A DNA stretch of 64,000 nt from Alphaproteobacteria bacterium. Its GTDB lineage: Bacteria > Pseudomonadota > Alphaproteobacteria > JAPOUT01 > G958296285. The position numbers were made by a program, and so were the translations under genes. Every line of letters begins with the position of its first letter. Position 1 is the first letter of the stretch. The notes beneath the pieces are model-generated. The model did no database searches. It worked only from the letters and a program-made list of their open reading frames with translations, and was not told the origin of the DNA. The stretch covers positions 817,658 to 881,657 of the forward strand of contig CBDBUR010000002.1 in assembly GCA_965212115.1 (NCBI GenBank), given 5' to 3'. Below, piece by piece: positions 53,459 to 64,000 of the stretch.

Positions 53459-54930
53459 TAGGGTTCGGGGGGGTCTTCGGAGTTTTGAGCGTCTTTGCCG
53501 CGCGCGGCTTGACATTGCTGGCGCAGAGTTTCGACATCACTTTCGATGCGGCGGTCGCTGGCGATGAGAGCTTCGACGCGGCGCAGCGCATGAAGGACGG
53601 TGGTATGGTCGCGGCCACCGAAGCGTCGGCCAATGTCGGGCAGCGAGCGCGGCGTGAGTTGCTTGGCAAGGAACATTGCGATCTGGCGTGGCCGCGCGAT
53701 CGCGCGTTGGCGGCGCGCCGACAGGAGATCATTGAGCGAAATGTCATAATATCTGGCTGTCTTGCGCTGGATATCGCTGATCGTGATTCTTTTTTCACCG
53801 GCTTGGAGCAGATCGCGCAAGATGAGCCGCGCCTGATCGATATCGACCGGCTTTGACGCATAGCGCGCATGAGCAACGATTCGATTGAGCGCGCCTTCGA
53901 GCTCGCGGATATTGGCGGTGATGTGCTGCGCGAGAAAAGCGGGCAACATAGATGAGATATTGATCGGCGGTGAGAGATGGCGCAATTTAGCGCGCAGAAT
54001 ATCGAGGCGCAGAGCGTTGTCGGCGGGCTGGATGTCAACGACAAGCCCGCCGCCGAGCCGCGAGCGAATACGCGCATCGAGCTTGTCCAATGAGGCGGGC
54101 GGCCGCGTCGCCGCAAAGATGAGCTGGCCGCGATTGTCATGGACGGTATTGAGAATATGAAAAAATTCATCTTGCGTTGCGCGTCCGGATAGAAATTGTA
54201 AATCATCCATAATGAGAACATCGATATCGCCGAAAATATGTTTGAACGCCATCATATCGTCGCGCCTCAAGGAGCGGATAAAATGATAGCGGAATCGCTC
54301 AGCCGACAGGTTCATGACACGGCGCGGAGGTTCTTGTCCGGTTTGGCGGCGCAACTGGTTGGCGATCGCATGAAGCAAATGAGTTTTACCCTGTCCGATA
54401 TCACCATGGATAAAAAGCGGGCCGTGATGCAAAGGCGCATCTGACAAGCTTCCCGCGCAGCTTTCGGCCAAAGCGCGGGCGCTATGATGAGCTAATCTGT
54501 TGACATCGCCGACAATGAAATTGTCAAACTCCAGCCGCGGATCAAGAGGTGTTTCGACCGGCGCAGGCGCGTTGGGGATCGCGGCGCGCGGCGCGCGCGG
54601 TGTCATATGAGGTTGATGGATAATATCCACCCGAAGAATTTGAGAGATTTTTTTCTGCCAATGCTGGCGCAGTTTATTGCCATAATGATCGCTGATCCAA
54701 TTAGCGAGAAATTTTGTCGCCGCATAAAGCACGACGCGATCATGATCGATATAGCCAAACACGAGCGGCGCGAGCCAGCGCTCAAACTTTGACGCCCCAA
54801 GACTCTGGCGCAGATCGTGTGAAATCAAAGTCCACTGCTCGGCGCCATATTGCTCGACATCGTATGGCTCGGTGTGCTGGCGAGCTTGACGAGAATGTCC
54901 TCCCACATTTTCTGATTTATTTTTTGTCAT
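53446..54930 (-). CDS. dnaA: Chromosomal replication initiator DnaA
   Basis: GDIGQGKTHL, DDLQFL, NIRELEGAL, RQIAM, GGRDHTTVLHA. Confidence 0.96.
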   Translation of the reverse strand: MTKNKSENVGGHSRQARQHTEPYDVEQYGAEQWTLISHDLRQSLGASKFERWLAPLVFGYIDHDRVVLYAATKFLANWISDHYGNKLRQHWQKKISQILRVDIIHQPHMTPRAPRAAIPNAPAPVETPLDPRLEFDNFIVGDVNRLAHHSARALAESCAGSLSDAPLHHGPLFIHGDIGQGKTHLLHAIANQLRRQTGQEPPRRVMNLSAERFRYHFIRSLRRDDMMAFKHIFGDIDVLIMDDLQFLSGRATQDEFFHILNTVHDNRGQLIFAATRPPASLDKLDARIRSRLGGGLVVDIQPADNALRLDILRAKLRHLSPPINISSMLPAFLAQHITANIRELEGALNRIVAHARYASKPVDIDQARLILRDLLQAGEKRITISDIQRKTARYYDISLNDLLSARRQRAIARPRQIAMFLAKQLTPRSLPDIGRRFGGRDHTTVLHALRRVEALIASDRRIESDVETLRQQCQAARGKDAQNSEDPPEPYVQF

Positions 54931-55000
54931 TGCCCCCGCCTCCTCATGATGAGTTCATTATCAAATTTTATTTTTCAGCACTGCTTCCTTAATTTGTTTT

Positions 55001-55067
55001 TTCAAGTTTGTCGCTTCAAGTTTGTCGCTTCAAGTTTGTCGCTTCAAGTTTGTCGCTTCAAGTTTGT
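55001..55067. repeat. Perfect 14-bp tandem repeat (TTCAAGTTTGTCGC) x4 plus an 11-bp partial copy
   Basis: Units start at 55001, 55015, 55029, 55043; partial at 55057; no spacers. Confidence 0.95.
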
Positions 55068-55477
55068 TTCCAAGGCAAACTGGCAGCTTTCCATCCTTGT
55101 TTTTGTCCGCGGTGATTGTTTTCGTCCAGAGCACCTTCAAATCCGTCGGTGACATTGAAGCAAGCCGTAAAGCTCTGCTGCGCCATAGCCGTCGCGGCGG
55201 CGCGCGAGCGCTGGCCGGAGCGGCATATAAAAAACAGCGGTTGCGCGCGGTTGGCGTCGAGCAGAGCCATTAGAGATGAAACAAAGTCCGGATTGGGCTG
55301 AGACGATCCAAAATGCTGCCATTCAATAAAAAGAGCTTCCTTGCCTAAAGGAGCGAGATCAGGCACACCGACATAAGTCCATTCGACCTGTGTGCGGACA
55401 TCGATCAATCGACTGGCTTTTTCTTTTCCAAGCCGCTGCCAGCATTGCTGCGCCGAAATATCCGCGATCGCGCCCAT
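55058..55477 (-). CDS. Rhodanese-like domain protein
   Basis: LIDVRT..EW..VGVP, ICRSGQRS active loop, GFEG..GWK..LPW. Confidence 0.9.
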   Translation of the reverse strand: MGAIADISAQQCWQRLGKEKASRLIDVRTQVEWTYVGVPDLAPLGKEALFIEWQHFGSSQPNPDFVSSLMALLDANRAQPLFFICRSGQRSRAAATAMAQQSFTACFNVTDGFEGALDENNHRGQKQGWKAASLPWKQT

Positions 55478-55637
55478 ATTGACTTTACCCCCTCATAGGT
55501 TTCATCGCCGTCAACGAGCCGTTGATATCGGCGCTGTCTAATTCAAAGATTTATTTTAAACTAGGATTGATTTTCATCCGGCCTTTTTAGGAGCTTCACC
55601 AGTTAAAATAAAACTTTATCTGTTCTTAATTTTAGAG

Positions 55638-55670
55638 ATTTGGAAAAGTTTTTCTTTTCATTTTCCAAAT
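55638..55670. promoter_or_regulatory. 10-bp perfect inverted repeat in AT-rich intergenic region
   Basis: ATTTGGAAAA-N13-TTTTCCAAAT. Confidence 0.45.
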
Positions 55671-55893
55671 GAAGGCTCAAACTATCTGAGTGCGCTGTCA
55701 AACGCAATAAGAAAACGCTCTTGACATTGCGTTAAAATCATTTTGCAAGTAAAAGACAAGATTTAAGGCTAGTGCCGTTTTTCTTTTTTAGACAAAAGAA
55801 TTTGTGCTTTAAGGTCTGATTTGAAGAAAAAAGAGCTTGCGTCTTAAAAAAAATTCTGTTCTCGATTCTGAGGCAATTTGGAACAAATCTAGT

Positions 55894-56175
55894 TTAAGAC
55901 TTCGCCGCCGGTTTTGCGAGCTGTGCGACGCGCTGTGTCAGGCGTGAGATTTTCCGCGCAGCGGTATTTTTATGGAAAATGCCTTTATGCGCGCCGCGCA
56001 TAATTTCGGGTTGAGCGTTTTTCATGGCGAGCGCGGCATTTTCGTGCTGGTCTTCAGCGATGGCTTCTTCCACCTTGCGGATAAAGCTGCGAATGCGCGA
56101 GCGCCGACGCTGATTGATTTCAGTGCGCCGGTTGATTTTGCGGATCATTTTCTTCGCCGATGATGTATTGGCCAT
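55894..56175 (-). CDS. rpsT: 30S ribosomal protein S20
   Basis: [30 protein letters not shown]. Confidence 0.95.
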   Translation of the reverse strand: MANTSSAKKMIRKINRRTEINQRRRSRIRSFIRKVEEAIAEDQHENAALAMKNAQPEIMRGAHKGIFHKNTAARKISRLTQRVAQLAKPAAKS

Positions 56176-56203
56176 AATTTTTCCTTGATAAGCCCTGCGA
56201 GCC

Positions 56204-57046
56204 TTATATAGCCCTTTTGCGGCTCTTTTGGCAAGAGGGACACAAAAAAGTCGCGCGCGCTGCCTGCGTGATACGCGCGATCGCTTTTGCGCAGATCGGG
56301 CAAGGATCTCCGGCGCGGCCATAGACATGGAATTGATGCTGGAAACCTCCTGGCTGGCCTTGGGCATTGAGATAATCGCGCAAAGTGGCGCCTCCGGCTT
56401 TGACGGCGCGCTTGAGCTGGCTTTGAATCGCTCTATGGAGACGGACGCATTCGGCGCGCGAGAGCGTATTGGCCTGTCGGTCGGGCGCGAGCCGCGCCGC
56501 ATGGAGCGCCTCACAAACATATATATTGCCGAGACCGGCGATGATTTGCTGGTTCAGCAAAGCGGCTTTGATCGTCTGGCGCGTGGTTGTCAGGCTTGCC
56601 ATGAGAATTTGAGATGTGAAAGTCGGCGACAAAGGCTCAGGGCCTAAACGCGCAAGACGCGGATGATGTGAAAGCTCGCTCTGGGCGAACAGATCGATGA
56701 ACCCGAAGCGCCGTGCATCGTTAAACACGAGCTGATCTTGGCCGAGCTCGAAGATCACATGATCGTGGCGCGCGGGCGGTTTTGCCGGACTCAAGACGAG
56801 CCTGCCCGACATGCCCAGATGAATGAGCAGGATATTGCGGCATCCGGCTTTCGCGACTTCAATGAGCAGATATTTTCCGCGCCGGGCGACATCTTTGATC
56901 CGGCTTTGCGCGAGGTTTTTGGCAAAGCCGCGCGGTAGTGGAAAGCGCAGATCGCGGCGGCGAGCTGCAACTTTATCGATGCGCCGCCCTTTGACCAAAG
57001 GGATCAAGGTGCGGCGCAGACTTTCGACTTCGGGCAATTCGGGCAA
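56204..57046 (-). CDS. mutM: Formamidopyrimidine-DNA glycosylase
   Basis: PELPEVE N-terminus, RRGKY, HLGMSG, GLGNIY, C-terminal Zn finger. Confidence 0.96.
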   Translation of the reverse strand: MPELPEVESLRRTLIPLVKGRRIDKVAARRRDLRFPLPRGFAKNLAQSRIKDVARRGKYLLIEVAKAGCRNILLIHLGMSGRLVLSPAKPPARHDHVIFELGQDQLVFNDARRFGFIDLFAQSELSHHPRLARLGPEPLSPTFTSQILMASLTTTRQTIKAALLNQQIIAGLGNIYVCEALHAARLAPDRQANTLSRAECVRLHRAIQSQLKRAVKAGGATLRDYLNAQGQPGGFQHQFHVYGRAGDPCPICAKAIARITQAARATFLCPSCQKSRKRAI

Positions 57047-57088
57047 GTTTTCATCTCCTGAGCGATGGGCTCATGTTATCGTCGCTTG

Positions 57089-57802
57089 ATGATGAAAGCA
57101 AAGATCGATCAAGTGTTCACGCGCGCGGCGCGGCATTATGATCTGATGAACGATTTGATGTCGGGCGGCCTGCACCGTCTATGGAAGAACGCGCTCGTTG
57201 ATCTGATTCCGCGCGGCGCGCGCGGACGCGACGAGGTTTGGCTCGCCGACATCGCCGCTGGCACAGGCGATATTGCGCTGCGCGCGCTCGCGCGCGACAA
57301 GAATCTCAATGTTTGCTTATGCGATCCTAATGCCGATATGATTTCCGGCGCGCGGCTTCGTCTTGCGCAGCAATCTTTTGAGGTTAAAAATCGCGCAGAG
57401 ATCATTCGCGCATCGGGGGAGGCTTTGCCTTTTGCCGATATGTCTGTGCAAAGCTGCACGATGGCGTTTGGCATCAGAAACATTGAAGACCGCACCGCCG
57501 CTTTGCATGAAGTGTTGCGCATATTGACACCCGGTGGCAGGTTTCTTTGTCTTGAGTTTGGCCATTGCGCTGTGCCGATTTTGCGCGAAGCCTATGATTT
57601 TCATTCTCGCGAGATCATTCCGCGTCTTGCGGACAACATTGTCGGCGATCGCGCACCCTATCAATATCTTGTCGAGAGCATTCGCTCATTTCCGCCGCAA
57701 GAGGAATTCGCCGCCTTGATTGACGAGATCGGTTTTGCGAAAACTGAGTTTATCAATTTAACCGGGGGAATTGCGGTGATTTATTCGGGCTGGCGCATTT
57801 AG
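57089..57802 (+). CDS. ubiE: Ubiquinone/menaquinone C-methyltransferase
   Basis: YDLMNDLMSGGLHRLWK, DIAAGTGD, FGIRN, YLVESI. Confidence 0.93.
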   Translation: MMKAKIDQVFTRAARHYDLMNDLMSGGLHRLWKNALVDLIPRGARGRDEVWLADIAAGTGDIALRALARDKNLNVCLCDPNADMISGARLRLAQQSFEVKNRAEIIRASGEALPFADMSVQSCTMAFGIRNIEDRTAALHEVLRILTPGGRFLCLEFGHCAVPILREAYDFHSREIIPRLADNIVGDRAPYQYLVESIRSFPPQEEFAALIDEIGFAKTEFINLTGGIAVIYSGWRI

Positions 57803-59320
57803 GTGCGGGTTTTATCGCATATATGGCGGCTGCTGCGCGCGGCAAAAGTTCTGGCCTTGCTGGTCGGCGCGCTGCCGGACGATCTGCGGCGCAGGATTCC
57901 TTTTTGGCTGCGGATATTTGTTCGCCAGACAAAAAAGCCCGGGTCGGCACCTCTAGCGACGGGATTAACGAGGCTCGGCCCGACCTACATCAAACTCGGG
58001 CAGTTTCTTGCGGTGCGTCCTGATATTGTCGGCATAGATGTTGCGCAAGATTTAGCGCGCCTTCATGATAAAGTGCCGCCTTTTTCTCAAAAAGAGGCTG
58101 AGGCCGAAATCAAAAGTAATTTCAACCTTGAAATCAATGAGCTGTTTTGTGAGTTTGGCGAAGTCATTGCGGCGGCTTCGATTGCGCAAGTTCATCGCGC
58201 GCGCGATCTTCAGGGTCGTGATGTTGCGGTCAAGATATTGCGTCCGGGGATTCAGAAAAAGTTTTCACAGGATTTGGAGAGTTTTTTTTGGCTGGCCGAA
58301 AAAATCGAAAGGCATCGCCCGGCGACCGGACGCTTGAGGCCTGCGGCGGTTCTTGAAAATCTTAGAACGACCACTTTGCGCGAAATGGATCTCAGGATGG
58401 AAGCGGCGGCGATGTCGGAGATGATCAATAATTCCACTGACATGGAGGGGGTTTATATTCCCCGCCCCGACTGGACACGAACCTGCGCGCAAGTCCTGAC
58501 GACAGAATGGGTTGAGGGCGTCGCCATTGATAACATTGAAGCGCTGCGCGGTGCGGGGCATAATCTATCGGCGCTGGCGTCGCGGCTTTTGACGATTTTT
58601 TTGACTCACACTTTAGATCACGGCTTTTTTCACGCTGATTTTCATCCCGGCAATTTATTCGTCCGCGCCGACGGCGCGATCGTTCTGGTGGATTTTGGCA
58701 TTATGGGACGGCTTGAGCAAAAGGATCGCCATGCGATGGCATGGATTTTGCATGGTCTAACAAGCGGTGATTACCTGCTGGCGGCGCGCGAGCATATTTA
58801 TGTCGGCTATGTGCCCAAAGACACCGATGCGTCAGTTTTTGCGCAGGCGCTGCGCGCGATCGGCGAGCCGATCTTGGACAAAGCCGCGCAGGATATCTCA
58901 ATGAGCGAATTGCTCTGGCAGCTATTTGAAACCGCCGAGCGCTTTGAGATGCGCACACAGCCTCAATTATTGCTGCTGCAAAAGACAATGGTCGGCGCTG
59001 AGGGGTTGGCGCGACGTTTGGATCCGAAGCTCAATATCTGGAACGTTGCCGCACCGGTGATCGAAAACTGGCAGAGACGTGAATATGCGCCGCCAGTGAT
59101 GGCGCGTCAGATGATGGATACAGCGCAGCGTTTCTGGCGTCTAGCGCCCGAATGGCTCGACGAGGCCGAGCGGACGATCGGATCGAACGAAGGTCTTTTA
59201 GCCCTTCCGGCTCAAGCGCCGCCGCAACAATGGAGCCGCCGCTGGGGCGCGTTGATCTTGGCGTTTTTGATCGGCCTGCTGGCTGGAGGGCTTGGGTTTT
59301 GGCTTCAATTTTGGATTTAA
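57803..59320 (+). CDS. ubiB: Ubiquinone biosynthesis protein kinase-like UbiB
   Basis: LGPTYIKLGQ, AASIAQVH, FFHADFHPGN, VDFGIMG. Confidence 0.94.
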   Translation: MRVLSHIWRLLRAAKVLALLVGALPDDLRRRIPFWLRIFVRQTKKPGSAPLATGLTRLGPTYIKLGQFLAVRPDIVGIDVAQDLARLHDKVPPFSQKEAEAEIKSNFNLEINELFCEFGEVIAAASIAQVHRARDLQGRDVAVKILRPGIQKKFSQDLESFFWLAEKIERHRPATGRLRPAAVLENLRTTTLREMDLRMEAAAMSEMINNSTDMEGVYIPRPDWTRTCAQVLTTEWVEGVAIDNIEALRGAGHNLSALASRLLTIFLTHTLDHGFFHADFHPGNLFVRADGAIVLVDFGIMGRLEQKDRHAMAWILHGLTSGDYLLAAREHIYVGYVPKDTDASVFAQALRAIGEPILDKAAQDISMSELLWQLFETAERFEMRTQPQLLLLQKTMVGAEGLARRLDPKLNIWNVAAPVIENWQRREYAPPVMARQMMDTAQRFWRLAPEWLDEAERTIGSNEGLLALPAQAPPQQWSRRWGALILAFLIGLLAGGLGFWLQFWI

Positions 59321-59416
59321 GCCCTTTTTAATCCCGCCGAGATATTCATTTCGAGATATTTGTTTTAATTCCCCATTTTTCGTGTAAAATTATCTTTATC
59401 AAAAGGGATCAAGTCT

Positions 59417-60676
59417 ATGGAAGAACATCGTCAGCGCAGTGGCCGCATTGTTTTGATCGTTGGCGGCGGGATTGCGGCCTACAAGAGTTTGGATGTGGTG
59501 CGTCATTTGATGCGCGCGGGCTTTTCGGTCGATTGTGTGCTGACATCAAGCGCTGAAAAATTTGTTGCGCCTTTATCTTTTGCGTCGCTTTCAGGCAATC
59601 GGGTGCGGACGCGCTTGTTTGACGATGTTGACGAATCTGAAATGGATCATATTTCGCTGTCGCGCGGTGCTGATTTGATGTTGGTTGTGCCCGCGACAGC
59701 GCATTTGCTGGCGCGCATGGCGCATGGTCTAGCCGATGACCTTGCAACGACGCTGCTTTTGGCGACCGACACAAAGATCATGGCTGCCCCGGCGATGAAC
59801 TGGCGTATGTGGACTCATGAAGCGATGAAAAGAAACATCGCGCAGTTAAAAAAAGACGGCGTTCATATTCTTGAACCGGACATTGGCGAAATGGCTTGCG
59901 GCGAATATGGTCCGGGGCGTCTTGCTGCACCGGAAGTGATCGCGCAGAAGGCGATCGCCCTGATTGATCAAAGAACAGATGAAGCCGGGCAAGACACTCC
60001 GGCACGGCTTCAAGGCAGGACGATTCTGATCACCTCCGGCCCGACCCGCGAAGCGATTGATCCGGTGCGTTATATTGCCAATCATTCATCGGGCAAACAG
60101 GGCCATGCGATCGCCGAAGCTTTGAGAGATTTAGGCGCACAGGTGATTTTGGTCAGCGGTAAAGTGGATATTGCGCCGCCGCAAGGCATCGTATTGCGTC
60201 AGGTGGAAACCGCGCGCGAAATGATGGCCGCCTGTGATAACGCGCTTGACTGTGAACCCAAAATCGATATTGCTATTTGCGTCGCTGCCGTTTGTGATTG
60301 GCGGATTGATCCCTGCGCGCAAAAGATCAAAAAACAAGACGGCGCACCGCCGCAATTTTCGTGGGTTCAAAATCCGGATATTTTATTTTCGATCGCCGAT
60401 CACCAGCGGCGTCCTGATCTGGTGATCGGCTTTGCTGCTGAAACCGAAAACCTGCTCGACAATGCGCGGCAAAAATTAAAAGCAAAAAAATGCGATTGGA
60501 TCATCGCCAATGATATATCGCAAGATGTTTTTGGCAGTGAAATGAATCAAGCCTTTCTTATCAGCAGCGAGCGCGAAGAAGCCTGGCCGCGCATGGACAA
60601 AAAAGACCTTGCGCAGAGGCTCGCGCGGCTTGTGGCCGATCATGTTGCTGTCGCTCACAAACAAGAAGCGGAATGA
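59417..60676 (+). CDS. coaBC: Phosphopantothenoylcysteine decarboxylase / phosphopantothenate-cysteine ligase
   Basis: [45 protein letters not shown]. Confidence 0.95.
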   Translation: MEEHRQRSGRIVLIVGGGIAAYKSLDVVRHLMRAGFSVDCVLTSSAEKFVAPLSFASLSGNRVRTRLFDDVDESEMDHISLSRGADLMLVVPATAHLLARMAHGLADDLATTLLLATDTKIMAAPAMNWRMWTHEAMKRNIAQLKKDGVHILEPDIGEMACGEYGPGRLAAPEVIAQKAIALIDQRTDEAGQDTPARLQGRTILITSGPTREAIDPVRYIANHSSGKQGHAIAEALRDLGAQVILVSGKVDIAPPQGIVLRQVETAREMMAACDNALDCEPKIDIAICVAAVCDWRIDPCAQKIKKQDGAPPQFSWVQNPDILFSIADHQRRPDLVIGFAAETENLLDNARQKLKAKKCDWIIANDISQDVFGSEMNQAFLISSEREEAWPRMDKKDLAQRLARLVADHVAVAHKQEAE

Positions 60677-61143
60677 GCAGCAGTCGCATAGAGCTTATGG
60701 CGCAGCGACTGCCGCACGGAGAGGGCCTGCCGCTTCCGGCCTATGCAAGCACACAGGCAGCGGGCATGGATTTATCGGCGGCGATCAGCAAAGACATTGC
60801 TCTTGCCCCTGGCGAAAGATGTCTTGTGCCGACAGGTTTTGCGATCGCCGTGCCGGACGGCTATGAGGCGCAGATCAGACCGCGCTCAGGGCTTTCGACG
60901 AAGCATGGCATCACGCTGATCAACACGCCTGGGACAATCGACGCCGATTATCGCGGCGAGATTAAAATCGCGCTTGTGAATCTGAGCACTGAGGCTTTCA
61001 CCTTAACGCGCGGCGCGCGCATTGCGCAGATGGTGATCGCGCCTGTGATACGCTGTGCTTTTCACGAAGTGGCCGAGCTGCCGCAAACCGAGCGAGGCGC
61101 GCGCGGTTTTGGCTCAACGGGGATCAAAGGCGGTGTGAGATGA
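60673..61143 (+). CDS. dut: dUTP diphosphatase
   Basis: [31 protein letters not shown]. Confidence 0.96.
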   Translation: MSSSRIELMAQRLPHGEGLPLPAYASTQAAGMDLSAAISKDIALAPGERCLVPTGFAIAVPDGYEAQIRPRSGLSTKHGITLINTPGTIDADYRGEIKIALVNLSTEAFTLTRGARIAQMVIAPVIRCAFHEVAELPQTERGARGFGSTGIKGGVR

Positions 61144-61598
61144 TTTATTTCCCGAAAAAAATTTTATGCGCGCTGGAGGCGGTTTTGGATATTGCGCTTC
61201 ATGCGCGCCCTGATCCGGTTTGCATGTCGGACTTGACGGCGCGGCAGGGTGTGCCGAAGCGTTATTTAGAGCGTGTGATGCAAAATCTCGTCAAAGCAGG
61301 AATTTTAACCGGACATCGCGGACCGCGCGGCGGCTATCGACTGGCGCGCGAGCGGCGACGCATCACTTTGGGTCAAATTTTGCGCAACCTCGGTGATCTT
61401 GATGAAAGCGATCAAATATCTTCCCATGATTCGCCTTTAGGCAAGCTCATCATTGAGCCTTTATGTGATAATCTCAATCGGGAAATGATGGATCGACTGG
61501 ACAAGATTTCGCTTGAGGATTTAAAAAATCGCGCGGAAAAAAACGACCTGACGCAGAACATCGCAAAAGACACAAAAGAAACTGACTTTCATATTTAA
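61140..61598 (+). CDS. Rrf2 family transcriptional regulator
   Basis: [20 protein letters not shown] winged helix; upstream of cysK. Confidence 0.88.
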   Translation: MIYFPKKILCALEAVLDIALHARPDPVCMSDLTARQGVPKRYLERVMQNLVKAGILTGHRGPRGGYRLARERRRITLGQILRNLGDLDESDQISSHDSPLGKLIIEPLCDNLNREMMDRLDKISLEDLKNRAEKNDLTQNIAKDTKETDFHI

Positions 61599-61609
61599 GG
61601 AGGAAGAAA

Positions 61610-62590
61610 ATGGAAAAAGAAAAAATAGGGTGCGGCAAGATCTATGAATCGATTGTTGAAACGATCGGCAACACGCCGCTTGTTCGGATCAAGAGGCTTG
61701 CTGAAGGCCTCGATGTGCGCGCGGATATTGTCGCGAAGCTGGAATTTTTCAATCCACTTGCGAGCGTCAAAGATCGAATCGGCGCGGCGATGATCCAAGA
61801 CCTTGAAGAGCGCGGCATGATTAAAGACAACACGATCATTGTCGAACCGACTTCGGGCAATACGGGCATTTCACTGGCGTTTGTTTGTGCGGCGAAGGGG
61901 ATCAAGCTGATCTTGTGCATGCCAGAAAGCATGTCGATCGAGCGGCGCAAGATGCTGGCTCTGCTTGGCGCCGAGCTGGAGCTCACCCCGGCGGCACAGG
62001 GGATGAAGGGCGCGGTGGCGCGCGCGGAGGAGCTTGTCAAAGACTTGCCGCATGCGGTGATGCCGCAGCAATTTTCCAACCCGGCCAATCCGCGGATTCA
62101 CGCGCGCACGACGGCGGAAGAGATATGGCATGACACAAACGGCAAAGTGGATGTGATTATCTCAGGTGTCGGGACGGGGGGGACGTTCACTGGCTGCGGA
62201 CGGGTGTTGAAAGAGCGCAAGCCGACGCTCAAAATGATCGCGGTTGAGCCTGAAGATAGTCCAGTTTTATCGGGCGGCGCAGGGGGGCCCCATAAGATTC
62301 AGGGCATTGGCGCGGGCTTTGTGCCGGATAATATGGATGTCAAACTGATCGATGAAATTATTCTGATCGGCAATGAGACAGCATTTCAGACATCTCGGCG
62401 CGCCGCGCGCCTTGAGGGGATTACGGGCGGGATATCATCAGGCGCGGCGTTTGCCGCAGCGATCGAAGTCGGGCAACGCGCCGAGATGGAAGGTAAAATG
62501 ATCGTTGTGATTATTCCCTCTTTTGCCGAGCGCTATTTATCGACTCCCTTGTTTGATGACCTCAATGACCAGATCAGACAAACGCGCTGA
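61610..62590 (+). CDS. cysK: Cysteine synthase A
   Basis: SVKDRIG PLP lysine, PTSGNTG, GTGGT, HKIQGIG, ERYLST. Confidence 0.95.
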   Translation: MEKEKIGCGKIYESIVETIGNTPLVRIKRLAEGLDVRADIVAKLEFFNPLASVKDRIGAAMIQDLEERGMIKDNTIIVEPTSGNTGISLAFVCAAKGIKLILCMPESMSIERRKMLALLGAELELTPAAQGMKGAVARAEELVKDLPHAVMPQQFSNPANPRIHARTTAEEIWHDTNGKVDVIISGVGTGGTFTGCGRVLKERKPTLKMIAVEPEDSPVLSGGAGGPHKIQGIGAGFVPDNMDVKLIDEIILIGNETAFQTSRRAARLEGITGGISSGAAFAAAIEVGQRAEMEGKMIVVIIPSFAERYLSTPLFDDLNDQIRQTR

Positions 62591-63422
62591 GGCGCAAGCT
62601 GCGCGTCTCACCGACAGCGAGCTTGAGCGTTATTCGCGCCATATTCTTTTGAAAGAAATTGGCGGTGCGGGGCAGCAGCGTTTGAAACAGACGCGCGTTT
62701 TGATGATCGGCGCTGGCGGGCTCGGCGCGCCGTGTCTGTTTTATCTTGCGGCATCAGGGATCGGCACATTGGGAATCGTCGATGACGATGTTGTCGCGTT
62801 GGATAATCTTCAGCGGCAGATTCTTTATCAGGTGGAAGATATCGGCCAGTCCAAAGCCGAACGGGCGCGTGATCATCTCTTGCGCCTCAATCCGGAGATA
62901 GACATCATCGCACATAAAGAGCGGCTTTCATCTGACAATGCGCTGGCGCTGATCAGCAATTACGACATCATCGCTGACGGGTCGGATAATTTTGCGACGC
63001 GCTTTCTTGTCAATGATGCGTGTTATTTTGCGCGCAAGCCCTTGGTTTCAGCGGCGGTGAATCGATTTGACGGCCAATTATCGACGTTTCGCGCGTTTGA
63101 AAAAGATCAAAACGGCACACCGCGTCCGAGCTGGCGCTGCTTTATGCGCACCGCGCCCGTTTTAGAACCGCAACCAGCCTGCGCTGCCGGCATTCTCGGC
63201 GCATTATGCGGTGTGCTTGGCGCGATGCAGGCTCTGGAAGTCATCAAACAGGCGACCCAGACAGGCGAGACTCTTGTTGGCAAATTGTTTTTTTACGATA
63301 GCTTTTATTTGCGCAGCCGAATTGTTCATTTGCGTTGGGATCAGGAGAATCCACTCAATGGCCGCCACCCGACCATTCGTGATCTCTCCTGCCATCGATC
63401 AATGACAGCGGGCAGCATTTAA
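62565..63422 (+). CDS. moeB: MoeB/ThiF family adenylyltransferase
   Basis: [26 protein letters not shown]. Confidence 0.85.
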   Translation: MTRSDKRAEAQAARLTDSELERYSRHILLKEIGGAGQQRLKQTRVLMIGAGGLGAPCLFYLAASGIGTLGIVDDDVVALDNLQRQILYQVEDIGQSKAERARDHLLRLNPEIDIIAHKERLSSDNALALISNYDIIADGSDNFATRFLVNDACYFARKPLVSAAVNRFDGQLSTFRAFEKDQNGTPRPSWRCFMRTAPVLEPQPACAAGILGALCGVLGAMQALEVIKQATQTGETLVGKLFFYDSFYLRSRIVHLRWDQENPLNGRHPTIRDLSCHRSMTAGSI

Positions 63423-63889
63423 TTTTTAATTGATCGTATCCGAATGACGACATCGACACTTGAAATCCGTGCTCCTTTAGGCGGCGAAGGGATGGTCTCA
63501 AGTTTCACTTTATGTTCGGGCACATCGATGAGATGACCTTCGACTTCATCGTAGAAATGATGGTGGTTTGATATATTGGTGTCGAAATAGACCGCTCCCC
63601 CATCGAGCGCAACGCGTCGCAGTAGGCCGATCGAAGCCCATTGATTGAGCGTATTATAGACTGTCGCCATTGAAAGGGTGAGGCCGGTCTGCCGGGCGGC
63701 CTGATAAAGATGTTCGGCGACAATATGGCGATTTTTGCCGGTCCAGAGCAGACGGGCGAGGCCTATTCTCTGTCGTGTCATGCGCAGATTGTGTCGACGG
63801 CAAATTTCCTCGACATGATCTGGCCCTTGAGTTTTTTGGGCTTTTTGAGCTTTAGGATTTTTCTTGTCTTGAGCGCTGCTTATGGTCAT
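63419..63889 (-). CDS. irr: Fur-family regulator, Irr-like
   Basis: TRQR, ATVYNTLNQ, YFDTN..HHHFY, VDVVIR. Confidence 0.85.
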   Translation of the reverse strand: MTISSAQDKKNPKAQKAQKTQGPDHVEEICRRHNLRMTRQRIGLARLLWTGKNRHIVAEHLYQAARQTGLTLSMATVYNTLNQWASIGLLRRVALDGGAVYFDTNISNHHHFYDEVEGHLIDVPEHKVKLETIPSPPKGARISSVDVVIRIRSIKN

Positions 63890-64000
63890 CGGAATTCCTC
63901 TACACACCCTTATTCACAGGGATTATAGACTTAGAGAGAAAGTCATGCAACAAGCTTCGAGTCGTGCTAGAGTTTGGGTCTGGGAAAGCCCGTGAAAGGG

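Noticed and set aside
53433-54221. 262-aa alternative-frame ORF within dnaA
   Set aside because: Ser/Arg-rich off-frame product; its NVQF end merely reflects the 13-bp duplication
55001-55067. Possible CRISPR array
   Set aside because: Units are 14 bp, contiguous and without spacers; no cas genes in the window
62565-63422. ThiF/E1-like protein as a defence-system component
   Set aside because: Plain MoeB-length protein in housekeeping coaBC-dut-cysK context; no E2, JAB or cyclase neighbours
63910-63918. DnaA box TTATTCACA upstream of irr as origin evidence
   Set aside because: Single match at the window edge, expected by chance

Overview
Gene-dense, mostly housekeeping segment of an alphaproteobacterial chromosome (roughly mid-50s % GC by eye). 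Gene content and order suggest a Rhizobiales/Parvibaculales-like lineage; this is inference. It carries yejAABEF, cycM-kdsB-pheA, dnaX-recR, metXW, chorismate mutase-hisC-tyrC, ftsEX, argH-lptM-lysA, def-fmt-truA, dapDE, argB-yidC-rnpA-rpmH, tRNA-Arg(ACG), bioB, gyrB-recF-dnaN-dnaA, rpsT-mutM, ubiEB, coaBC-dut-rrf2-cysK-moeB and irr. rpmH (44 aa) and the tRNA are absent from the ORF track and were read by hand. No CRISPR array, transposase, integrase or rRNA was seen. The best candidates for unusual biology are: (1) an AT-rich single-gene islet after tRNA-Arg encoding a T5orf172-type GIY-YIG nuclease fused to a RAMA-like domain (possible modification-sensing restriction/defence); (2) a stand-alone SAMHD1-like HD dNTPase inserted between truA and dapE; (3) repeated 11-14 bp micro-duplications at gene ends, including a perfect 14-bp tandem array in the dnaA leader and a chain of Trp-containing uORFs before pduO; (4) an rnpA whose only plausible canonical starts lie inside rpmH; (5) a bioB neighbourhood with two diiron enzymes and an MMPL transporter. 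Domain calls come from motif recognition by eye, not database searches. No large novel multi-gene system is clearly evident.
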